Shown in pieces: positions 56,593-64,000 of a DNA stretch of 64,000 nucleotides. The position numbers and the translations under genes are program-made. The notes beneath the pieces were generated by a model. It did no database searches. It worked only from the letters and a program-made list of their open reading frames with translations, and was not told where the DNA came from. The stretch spans positions 2,008,203 to 2,072,202 of the forward strand of contig JBJBEO010000001.1 in NCBI GenBank assembly GCA_047284725.1, given 5' to 3'. The DNA comes from Synechococcus sp. (GTDB lineage Bacteria; Cyanobacteriota; Cyanobacteriia; PCC-6307; Cyanobiaceae). Numbering within the stretch: the stretch's first letter is position 1; each line of letters opens with the position of its first letter.

Positions 56593-57456
56593 ATGGCAAT
56601 CCGTACATTCCGCCCCTACACCCCCGGTACCCGCACCCGGGTGGTCACCGACTTCAGCGAAGTCACCGGCCGCAAGCCGGAACGTTCCCTTGTGGTGGCC
56701 AAGCATCGCCGCAAAGGCCGTAACAATCGCGGCGTGATCACCTGCCGCCATCGCGGTGGTGGCCACAAGCGCCAATACCGCTTGGTGGATTTCCGCCGCA
56801 ACAAGCACGGCGTTCCTGCCAAGGTCGCAGCGATTCACTACGACCCCCATCGCAACGCTCGCCTCGCTCTTCTGTTCTATGCAGACGGCGAGAAGCGCTA
56901 CATCCTTGCTCCCGCAGGCGTGACCGTTGGTCAGACCGTGGTCTCCGGCCCCGAGTCTCCGATCGAAAACGGCAACGCGTTGCCCCTGTCTGCCATCCCC
57001 CTGGGTTCCAGCGTTCACTGCGTTGAGCTGTATGCAGGGCGTGGTGGCCAAATGGTGCGTACCGCTGGCGCCAGCGCCCAGGTGATGGCCAAGGAAGGCG
57101 ACTACGTCGCTCTCAAGCTCCCCTCCACCGAGGTCCGCTTGGTGCGTCGTGAGTGCTATGCCACCCTCGGTGAAGTCGGCAACTCCGAAATCCGCAATAC
57201 CAGCCTGGGTAAGGCTGGTCGCCGTCGCTGGCTTGGCCGCCGTCCTCAGGTGCGAGGCAGTGTGATGAACCCCTGCGACCACCCCCATGGTGGTGGTGAG
57301 GGTCGTGCACCGATCGGCCGTTCCGGTCCTGTGACGCCCTGGGGCAAGCCCGCCCTTGGCCTCAAGACCCGCAAGCGGAACAAGCCCAGCAACAAGTTCG
57401 TCCTTCGCAAGCGTCGCAAGACCTCCAAGCGGAGCCGTGGCGGACGCGATTCCTGA
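56593..57456 (+). CDS. rplB: 50S ribosomal protein L2
   Basis: [13 protein letters not shown]. Confidence 0.98.
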   Translation: MAIRTFRPYTPGTRTRVVTDFSEVTGRKPERSLVVAKHRRKGRNNRGVITCRHRGGGHKRQYRLVDFRRNKHGVPAKVAAIHYDPHRNARLALLFYADGEKRYILAPAGVTVGQTVVSGPESPIENGNALPLSAIPLGSSVHCVELYAGRGGQMVRTAGASAQVMAKEGDYVALKLPSTEVRLVRRECYATLGEVGNSEIRNTSLGKAGRRRWLGRRPQVRGSVMNPCDHPHGGGEGRAPIGRSGPVTPWGKPALGLKTRKRNKPSNKFVLRKRRKTSKRSRGGRDS

Positions 57457-57491
57457 TGCAACTCACTGTTTTGCCATTCGCTTAATCCGCC

Positions 57492-57767
57492 ATGGGACGT
57501 TCACTCAAAAAAGGCCCTTTCATTGCTGACAGCCTTCTCCGCAAGGTTGAAAAGCAAAATGCTGCTGATGACAAATCCGTCATCAAAACCTGGTCACGGG
57601 CCTCCACCATCCTGCCGATGATGATTGGCCACACCATTGCCGTTCACAACGGCAGAACCCACGTGCCGGTCTTCGTCACCGAGCAAATGGTGGGTCACAA
57701 GCTGGGCGAATTCGCCCCCACCCGCACCTTCAAGGGCCACATCAAAGACAAGAAAGGAGGCCGCTGA
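57492..57767 (+). CDS. rpsS: 30S ribosomal protein S19
   Basis: RSLKKGPF and [11 protein letters not shown]. Confidence 0.98.
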   Translation: MGRSLKKGPFIADSLLRKVEKQNAADDKSVIKTWSRASTILPMMIGHTIAVHNGRTHVPVFVTEQMVGHKLGEFAPTRTFKGHIKDKKGGR

Positions 57768-57771
57768 GACC

Positions 57772-58137
57772 ATGACCACGTCATCCCCAACAGCCCCTAC
57801 CGCCCAGGCCCACGGACGCTTCATTCGCGGTTCCGTGTCGAAGGTGCGGAGGGTTCTCGATCAAATCCGCGGTCGCAGCTATCGCGACGCGCTGATCATG
57901 CTCGAGTTCATGCCCTACCGCTCCACCGGCCCCATCACCAAAGTGCTGCGGTCAGCCGTTGCCAATGCTGAGCACAACCTGGGTATGGATCCTTCCACCC
58001 TGGTGATCACCACGGCCACTGCAGACATGGGGCCTGCCATGAAGCGGTATCGCCCCCGCGCCCAAGGCCGGGCGTACCAGATCAAGAAGCAGACCTGCCA
58101 CATCAGCATCGCTGTGGCAGCCCAGACCGACTCCTGA
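57772..58137 (+). CDS. rplV: 50S ribosomal protein L22
   Basis: SAVANAEHN and PRAQGRA. Confidence 0.97.
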   Translation: MTTSSPTAPTAQAHGRFIRGSVSKVRRVLDQIRGRSYRDALIMLEFMPYRSTGPITKVLRSAVANAEHNLGMDPSTLVITTATADMGPAMKRYRPRAQGRAYQIKKQTCHISIAVAAQTDS

Positions 58138-58156
58138 CCCCCGAGCACACCGACTG

Positions 58157-58888
58157 ATGGGACACAAAATCCATCCAACCGGCTTACGCCTGGGGATCAC
58201 CCAGGAGCACCGGTCCCGCTGGTATGCCTCCAGCAAAAACTATCCGGCCCTTCTCCAGGAAGATGACCGGATTCGCAAATTCATCCACAAGAAATATGGC
58301 TCTGCAGGCATCAGCGATGTGCTGATTGCCCGCAAGGCTGACCAGCTTGAGGTTGAACTCAAGACCGCACGCCCCGGCGTGTTGGTGGGCCGCCAAGGCA
58401 GCGGCATCGAAGACCTGCGAAGCGGCATCCAGAAAACCGTCGGTGATTCCAGCCGTCAGGTTCGAATCAATGTCGTGGAAGTGGAGCGCGTTGACGCCGA
58501 CGCCTTCCTCCTGGCCGAGTACATCGCTCAACAGCTGGAAAAGCGTGTGGCCTTCCGCCGCACCATCCGCATGGCTGTGCAGCGTGCTCAGCGTGCAGGC
58601 GTTCTTGGCCTGAAAATTCAGGTCAGCGGTCGTCTCAACGGTGCGGAGATCGCTCGTACCGAATGGACCCGCGAAGGTCGTGTGCCCCTGCACACCCTGC
58701 GCGCAGACATCGACTACGCCACCAAAGTGGCCAGCACCACCTACGGAGTCCTGGGCATCAAGGTCTGGATCTTCAAGGGCGAGGTGCTGGGCGATGAAGC
58801 TCGCCAACAACTGCCTGTGGGGGCCACCCCGCGGCGCCGGGCCGGTCGCAGGCCCCAACAGTTCGAAGACCGCTCTAACGAGGGTTGA
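58157..58888 (+). CDS. rpsC: 30S ribosomal protein S3
   Basis: MGHKIHP and [13 protein letters not shown]. Confidence 0.98.
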   Translation: MGHKIHPTGLRLGITQEHRSRWYASSKNYPALLQEDDRIRKFIHKKYGSAGISDVLIARKADQLEVELKTARPGVLVGRQGSGIEDLRSGIQKTVGDSSRQVRINVVEVERVDADAFLLAEYIAQQLEKRVAFRRTIRMAVQRAQRAGVLGLKIQVSGRLNGAEIARTEWTREGRVPLHTLRADIDYATKVASTTYGVLGIKVWIFKGEVLGDEARQQLPVGATPRRRAGRRPQQFEDRSNEG

Positions 58889-58904
58889 ACAGGAGGCCTG
58901 AACC

Positions 58905-59381
58905 ATGCTGAGTCCAAAACGCGTCAAATTCCGTAAGCAGCAGCGCGGTCGCATGCGCGGCGTTGCTACCCGTGGCAACACCATTGCCTTCGGTCAGTTC
59001 GCACTGCAAGCACAGGAATGCGGCTGGATCACCTCGCGTCAGATCGAGGCCAGCCGTCGTGCCATGACCCGCTACGTCAAGCGGGGCGGCAAAATCTGGA
59101 TCCGGATCTTCCCCGACAAACCGGTCACCATGCGTCCTGCTGAAACCCGTATGGGTTCCGGTAAGGGCAACCCTGAATTCTGGGTGGCTGTGATCAAGCC
59201 GGGACGGATTCTTTTCGAGATGGGCGGTGATGAAATCACCCCTGACATCGCACGGGAAGCCATGCGCCTTGCGCAGTACAAGCTCCCTGTGAAGACCAAG
59301 TTCATCACCCTGGATGACCAGGAACAAGCCGCCGCTGGCAGCGATGCCAAGGCTGCGTCCACCGCAACCGTGGAGGCCTGA
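58905..59381 (+). CDS. rplP: 50S ribosomal protein L16
   Basis: RMGSGKG. Confidence 0.98.
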   Translation: MLSPKRVKFRKQQRGRMRGVATRGNTIAFGQFALQAQECGWITSRQIEASRRAMTRYVKRGGKIWIRIFPDKPVTMRPAETRMGSGKGNPEFWVAVIKPGRILFEMGGDEITPDIAREAMRLAQYKLPVKTKFITLDDQEQAAAGSDAKAASTATVEA

Positions 59382-59383
59382 CC

Positions 59384-59593
59384 ATGGCACGCCCTAATGC
59401 TTCTGAGCTGCGTCAGCTCTCTGATGCCGACATCAACGACCAGATCGCTGGCCTGCGCCGTGAGCTGTTCGACCTGCGCTTTCAGCAGGCGACCCGGCAA
59501 CTTGCCAACACGCACCGTTTCAAGGAAAGCCGCATCAAGCTGGCTCAACTTCTGACGCTGCAATCGGAGCGGCAGCGCTCCACTGCTTCCTGA
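59384..59593 (+). CDS. rpmC: 50S ribosomal protein L29
   Basis: ELFDLRFQ; operon position. Confidence 0.95.
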   Translation: MARPNASELRQLSDADINDQIAGLRRELFDLRFQQATRQLANTHRFKESRIKLAQLLTLQSERQRSTAS

Positions 59594-59613
59594 TCCCCTA
59601 AGGAGAACCAACC

Positions 59614-59880
59614 ATGGCACTCAAAGAAAGGGTCGGCACCGTCGTCAGCGACAAGATGGACAAAACGGTGGTTGTTGCGGTGGAGAACCGCTTCCCCCAT
59701 CCCATCTACAAGAAGACGGTGAGCCGTACCACCCGTTACAAGGCTCACGACGAGGAGAACAACTGCCGCGTCGGTGACCGGGTTCGCATCACTGAAACCC
59801 GTCCGATGAGCCGTCACAAGCGCTGGGCCATCGCCGAGGTGCTCAGCCACAGCCCCAAGGCTGAGGAGGCCGCCAAATGA
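59614..59880 (+). CDS. rpsQ: 30S ribosomal protein S17
   Basis: VVSDKMDKT and ETRP. Confidence 0.97.
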   Translation: MALKERVGTVVSDKMDKTVVVAVENRFPHPIYKKTVSRTTRYKAHDEENNCRVGDRVRITETRPMSRHKRWAIAEVLSHSPKAEEAAK

Positions 59881-60242
59881 TCCAGCAGGAAACCTTCCTT
59901 ACTGTCGCTGACAACAGCGGAGCCAAGCGCATCCAGTGCATCCGTGTACTCGGCAGCAACCGTCGCTACGCCCATGTGGGCGATGTGATCGTGGCAGCTG
60001 TGAAAGATGCCATGCCCAACATGGGCGTGAAGAAGTCCGATGTGGTCAAGGCCGTTGTGGTGCGCACCAAAGCCACCCTGCGTCGCGACACCGGTAATTC
60101 GATCCGCTTCGACGACAACGCAGCGGTGATCATCAACGCCGACAACAACCCCCGCGGCACCCGCGTCTTCGGACCTGTTGCCCGCGAACTGCGTGAACGC
60201 AACTTCACCAAAATCGTCTCCCTCGCTCCGGAGGTGATCTGA
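59877..60242 (+). CDS. rplN: 50S ribosomal protein L14
   Basis: VADNSGAK and SLAPEVI. Confidence 0.98.
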   Translation: MIQQETFLTVADNSGAKRIQCIRVLGSNRRYAHVGDVIVAAVKDAMPNMGVKKSDVVKAVVVRTKATLRRDTGNSIRFDDNAAVIINADNNPRGTRVFGPVARELRERNFTKIVSLAPEVI

Positions 60243-60243
60243 G

Positions 60244-60600
60244 ATGGCTACAGCAACTCCCAAATCCGCCTCGACCCAGCGCATCAAGATGCGTCTGCGT
60301 AAGGGTGACACCGTTCAGGTGATCTCCGGCAAAGACAAAGGCAAGACCGGCGAAGTGCTTCGCACATTGCCGAACGAGAACCGCGTGATCGTGCAGGGCA
60401 TCAATCTGCGCACCCGTCACGTCAAACCCACCCAAGAAGGTGAGTCCGGTCGCATCCTGACCGAGGAAGCCTCTCTGCATGCCTCCAACGTGATGCTTTA
60501 CTCCACCACCAAGAACGTGGCCAGCCGTGTTGAGCTGATCACCGAAAAGGATGGCAGCAAAAAGCGTCGTCTCAAGAAAACCGGCGAAGTGATCGATTGA
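60244..60600 (+). CDS. rplX: 50S ribosomal protein L24
   Basis: [15 protein letters not shown] (KOW motif). Confidence 0.97.
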   Translation: MATATPKSASTQRIKMRLRKGDTVQVISGKDKGKTGEVLRTLPNENRVIVQGINLRTRHVKPTQEGESGRILTEEASLHASNVMLYSTTKNVASRVELITEKDGSKKRRLKKTGEVID

Positions 60601-60646
60601 TCACTCACCCGTCTTCTGACCAAGACCAGAAGTCACCCCCCCAGCT

Positions 60647-61186
60647 ATGTCACTGAAAAAACGCTATCAGGAGACAATTCAGCCCAAATTGCTGAAGGAC
60701 CTCTCCCTCTCCAACGTCCACGAAGTCCCCAAGGTGCTCAAAGTCACCGTCAACCGGGGTCTCGGGGAAGCCGCGACCAACGCCAAGTCCCTTGAGGCTT
60801 CGGTGAATGAGTTGGCCCAGATCACTGGCCAGAAGGTTGTGATCACACGTGCCAAGAAGGCCATTGCAGGCTTCAAGATTCGTCAGGGCATGCCAATTGG
60901 TTGTGCTGTCACCCTGCGTGGTGATCGCATGTACGCCTTCCTGGAGCGCCTGATCAATCTGGCGTTGCCCCGCATCCGCGACTTCCGTGGCGTCAGCCCC
61001 AAAAGCTTCGATGGACGTGGCAACTACACCCTGGGGGTTAGAGAGCAAATCATCTTTCCCGAAATCTCCTTCGATCAGATCGACGCCATCAGGGGCATGG
61101 ACATCACCATCGTGACCACTGCCCGTACGGATGAAGAGGGCCGGGCCCTCCTCCGCGAGATGGGAATGCCATTCCGCAGCAACTGA
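60647..61186 (+). CDS. rplE: 50S ribosomal protein L5
   Basis: LPRIRDFRG and FDGRGNY. Confidence 0.98.
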   Translation: MSLKKRYQETIQPKLLKDLSLSNVHEVPKVLKVTVNRGLGEAATNAKSLEASVNELAQITGQKVVITRAKKAIAGFKIRQGMPIGCAVTLRGDRMYAFLERLINLALPRIRDFRGVSPKSFDGRGNYTLGVREQIIFPEISFDQIDAIRGMDITIVTTARTDEEGRALLREMGMPFRSN

Positions 61187-61205
61187 GCCCCCCTCGGAAA
61201 CCACT

Positions 61206-61607
61206 ATGGCCAACCACGACCCAATTTCCGACATGCTCACCCGCATTCGCAATGCGAGTGAGAAACGTCACCAATCCACCAAAGTTCCCTCCTCGCGCAT
61301 GGCGCGAAGCATCGCCAAGGTGCTTCAGCAGGAAGGCTTCATCGCTGAAATCAGCGAAGAAGGCGAAGGTATTCACGCCAACCTGGTGCTCGAACTGAAA
61401 TACAGCGGCAAGCACCGTCAGCCCACCATCCGTTCGATGCAACGGGTGAGCAAGCCAGGCCTGCGCATCTACAAGAACACCCGTGGCCTGCCCAAGGTTC
61501 TCGGCGGGCTGGGGGTGGCCATCATCTCCACCTCCAAGGGTGTGATGAGCGACCGCGATGCCCGCAAGCAGGGCGTCGGTGGTGAAGTGCTCTGCTACGT
61601 GTACTGA
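61206..61607 (+). CDS. rpsH: 30S ribosomal protein S8
   Basis: [12 protein letters not shown] and GGEVLC. Confidence 0.98.
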   Translation: MANHDPISDMLTRIRNASEKRHQSTKVPSSRMARSIAKVLQQEGFIAEISEEGEGIHANLVLELKYSGKHRQPTIRSMQRVSKPGLRIYKNTRGLPKVLGGLGVAIISTSKGVMSDRDARKQGVGGEVLCYVY

Positions 61608-61622
61608 TCCGGAGCCAGAACT

Positions 61623-62162
61623 ATGTCTCGTATTGGTAAATCTCCAGTCCCCATTCCCGATAAGGTGAATGTCACCCTCGACGGTCTCGCCGTCACGGTG
61701 AAAGGTCCGAAGGGTGAACTCAGCCGCACCCTTCCCGATGGTGTCACCGTCAGCCAGGTGGACAACACGATCGTTGTGGCTCCGAGCAGTGACAAGCGTC
61801 GCTCCCGTGAGCGCCATGGCCTCTGCCGCACCCTTGTCGCCAACATGATCGAGGGTGTCAGCAACGGCTACAGCAAGAAGCTTGAGATCGTGGGTGTGGG
61901 CAACCGTGCCCAGGTCAAAGGCAAGACCCTGGTGGTCAGCGCCGGCTACAGCCACCCCGTTGAAGTGGTTCCCCCCGAAGGCATCACCTTCGCTGTGGAG
62001 AACAACACCAACGTCACCGTCTCCGGCACCGACAAAGAACTGGTCGGCAACGAAGCCGCCAAAATCCGCGCCATCCGTCCACCTGAGCCCTACAAGGGCA
62101 AGGGCATCAAGTACGCGGGCGAGCGCATCCTGCGCAAGGCAGGCAAGTCGGGCAAGAAGTAA
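61623..62162 (+). CDS. rplF: 50S ribosomal protein L6
   Basis: MSRIGK and PEPYKGKGI. Confidence 0.98.
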   Translation: MSRIGKSPVPIPDKVNVTLDGLAVTVKGPKGELSRTLPDGVTVSQVDNTIVVAPSSDKRRSRERHGLCRTLVANMIEGVSNGYSKKLEIVGVGNRAQVKGKTLVVSAGYSHPVEVVPPEGITFAVENNTNVTVSGTDKELVGNEAAKIRAIRPPEPYKGKGIKYAGERILRKAGKSGKK

Positions 62163-62195
62163 TCCCCTGCCAGGCAACCCTCCTTATCCCCCACC

Positions 62196-62564
62196 ATGTC
62201 GACCCTTTCCCGCAAACAGCAGACCCAGAAGCGCCACCGGCGCCTGCGTCGTCATCTCAACGGTTCAGCCGAGCGTCCCCGCCTGGCCGTGTTCCGTTCC
62301 AACAATCACATCTACGCCCAGGTCATCGACGACGAGGCTCAGAGCACCCTGTGCTCTGCCTCCACTGTTGACAAGGAACTGCGCGCCAGCCTCAAAGCTG
62401 ACGGCAGCAGTTGCGATGCCTCCGTCGCCGTCGGCGCGCTGGTGGCCAAGCGCGCCATCGCCAAGGGCATCCAACAGGTGGTCTTCGATCGCGGCGGCAA
62501 CCTGTACCACGGTCGGGTGAAAGCCCTTGCCGACGCCGCCCGGGAAGCGGGCCTTCAATTCTGA
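62196..62564 (+). CDS. rplR: 50S ribosomal protein L18
   Basis: [10 protein letters not shown] and [12 protein letters not shown]. Confidence 0.98.
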   Translation: MSTLSRKQQTQKRHRRLRRHLNGSAERPRLAVFRSNNHIYAQVIDDEAQSTLCSASTVDKELRASLKADGSSCDASVAVGALVAKRAIAKGIQQVVFDRGGNLYHGRVKALADAAREAGLQF

Positions 62565-62577
62565 TCCTGCTCTCAAC

Positions 62578-63216
62578 ATGACCGAACCCAACACTCAAAC
62601 CAATCCCAACGACGTGCCGGCAGCGTCTGATGTTCCCGCTGCGGCCGAAGGCCAGCAGGAACAACGTCGTGGTGGACGTGACCGTGGCGACCGCCGCGGT
62701 GGACGTCGCGGCGACCGTCGTGGCCAGGAGCGTGACTCCGAATGGCAGGAGCGCGTGGTGCAGATCCGCCGCGTCTCCAAGACCGTCAAGGGCGGTAAGA
62801 AGATGAGCTTCCGCGCCATCGTCGTGGTCGGCAACGAAAAAGGTCAGGTCGGCGTGGGTGTCGGCAAGGCCGGTGATGTGATCGGCGCTGTCCGCAAGGG
62901 CGTGGCCGATGGCAAAAAGCATCTGGTGAAGGTGCCTCTGACCCGCCACAACTCCATTCCCACCCTGTCCAATGGCCGTGATGGTGCAGCCAGCGTGCTG
63001 ATCCGTCCCGCTGCCCCTGGTACCGGGGTGATTGCGGGCGGTTCGATCCGCACCGTGCTGGAACTGGCAGGCATCAAGAATGTGCTGGCGAAGCGACTGG
63101 GCAGCAAAACTCCCCTGAACAACGCCCGTGCTGCCATGGTGGCCCTGTCGGAACTCCGCACGCACAAGGACACCGCCAAGGAACGGGGGATCTCCCTCGA
63201 GCAGATCTATTCCTGA
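62578..63216 (+). CDS. rpsE: 30S ribosomal protein S5
   Basis: RVSKTVKGG and [12 protein letters not shown]. Confidence 0.98.
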   Translation: MTEPNTQTNPNDVPAASDVPAAAEGQQEQRRGGRDRGDRRGGRRGDRRGQERDSEWQERVVQIRRVSKTVKGGKKMSFRAIVVVGNEKGQVGVGVGKAGDVIGAVRKGVADGKKHLVKVPLTRHNSIPTLSNGRDGAASVLIRPAAPGTGVIAGGSIRTVLELAGIKNVLAKRLGSKTPLNNARAAMVALSELRTHKDTAKERGISLEQIYS

Positions 63217-63221
63217 TTCCC

Positions 63222-63674
63222 ATGACCCTTCGTCTCGATTCCCTCAAAGCCAACAAAGGCGCCCGTCGCCGCAAACTGCGCAAGGGCCGTGGCATTGCCG
63301 CTGGCCAGGGAGCCAGCTGCGGCTTCGGCATGCGTGGTCAGAAGTCCCGTTCGGGTCGGCCCACGCGCCCAGGTTTCGAAGGTGGCCAAATGCCCCTTTA
63401 CCGCCGGGTGCCAAAGCTGAAGCACTTCCCACTGGTGAACCCCAAGTTCTTCACCGTGTTGAATGTGTCCGCCCTGAATGACCTCAAGGACGGCAGCACC
63501 GTCAACCTCGACGCTCTCGTCAAGGCCGGTGTCGTGACCAGCCCCAAGCATCCTCTGAAGATCCTTGGCAATGGCGATCTCAAAGTGAAGCTGACCGTTC
63601 AGGCGGCAGCCTTCACCTCCTCCGCCCGTAGCAAAATCGAAGCCGCCGGTGGCAGCTGCGAACTGCTCGATTGA
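63222..63674 (+). CDS. rplO: 50S ribosomal protein L15
   Basis: [15 protein letters not shown]. Confidence 0.98.
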   Translation: MTLRLDSLKANKGARRRKLRKGRGIAAGQGASCGFGMRGQKSRSGRPTRPGFEGGQMPLYRRVPKLKHFPLVNPKFFTVLNVSALNDLKDGSTVNLDALVKAGVVTSPKHPLKILGNGDLKVKLTVQAAAFTSSARSKIEAAGGSCELLD

Positions 63675-63711
63675 GTCCACCCCTGATCTGTGCAGACAGG
63701 TCTAAGGTCTG

Positions 63712-63749
63712 AGCCGTCCGCATGACTTCAGTCATCGGACGGCTTTTTT
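63712..63749 (+). terminator. Terminator-like hairpin between rplO and secY
   Basis: AGCCGTCCG-C-ATGAC-TTCA-GTCAT-CGGACGGCT followed by a T-run. Confidence 0.8.
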
Positions 63750-63779
63750 GGCATCACCCCATCTCACCCCATCTCATTC

Positions 63780-64000
63780 ATGCTCGTCAGTCGGGGACGG
63801 AACCCCAGCGCCGGAGAAGTGATCACCCAAGCGGTGAGCAACCCTGAGTTACGCGGACGCATTCTCACCACCATCGGCTTGCTTTTGCTGGTGCGTCTTG
63901 GCATCTACATCCCGATGCCTGGCATCGACCGCGTTGCTTTTCAGCAGTTTCTGGAGGGTGGCGGACAGCTGATCGGCTTCCTCGACATCTTCACCGGTGG
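63780..64000 (+). CDS. secY: Preprotein translocase SecY (5' part, runs off the window)
   Basis: Manual translation MLVSRGRNPSAGEVI...LRGRILTTIGLLLLVRLGIYIPMPGIDR; follows rplO. Confidence 0.95.
   Translation, partial: MLVSRGRNPSAGEVITQAVSNPELRGRILTTIGLLLLVRLGIYIPMPGIDRVAFQQFLEGGGQLIGFLDIFTG

Noticed and set aside
54991..63674. Absence of rpsJ, rpsN and rpmD from the S10/spc cluster
   Set aside because: Normal cyanobacterial arrangement
55129..63680. Many long minus-strand ORFs (up to 358 aa) opposite the ribosomal protein genes
   Set aside because: Expected from strong codon bias (few antisense stops) in highly expressed genes

Overview
Core-genome window of a marine Synechococcus-type picocyanobacterium. 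1-12.3 kb is the distal half of the phycobilisome rod gene region: mpeU-like (truncated), cpeZ, cpeY, unk11, unk12, mpeV/cpeF, cpeBA, unk13, cpeU, pebAB, rpcBA, rpcT, rpcE, rpcF, ptpA. Housekeeping genes follow, including panC-cmk, rlpA, purM, an outlying PE-II linker, hemF, mrp-rodA-hik2-psaD-trpE-gshA-ppc, recF, speD, gad, larE, double-domain cobO, moeB, a JAMM protein, curT, crtD-like, tyrA, a DinG-like gene, recA with a LexA box, ycf45, ldpA and ndhN. Three tRNAs (Cys, Arg, Gln) are present, and the window ends in the rplC-secY ribosomal operon. I see no mobile element, CRISPR array or clearly novel multi-gene system. The best leads are apparent non-canonical start codons (panC-cmk CTG in a CTGA overlap, recF ATT), a CpcD-like domain in unk11, a small islet next to tRNA-Cys, a possible sulfur-relay neighbourhood (larE, moeB, JAMM), a DinG-like protein lacking its ATPase motifs, and structured intergenic leaders. 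Gene names come from motif and synteny recognition, not database searches.
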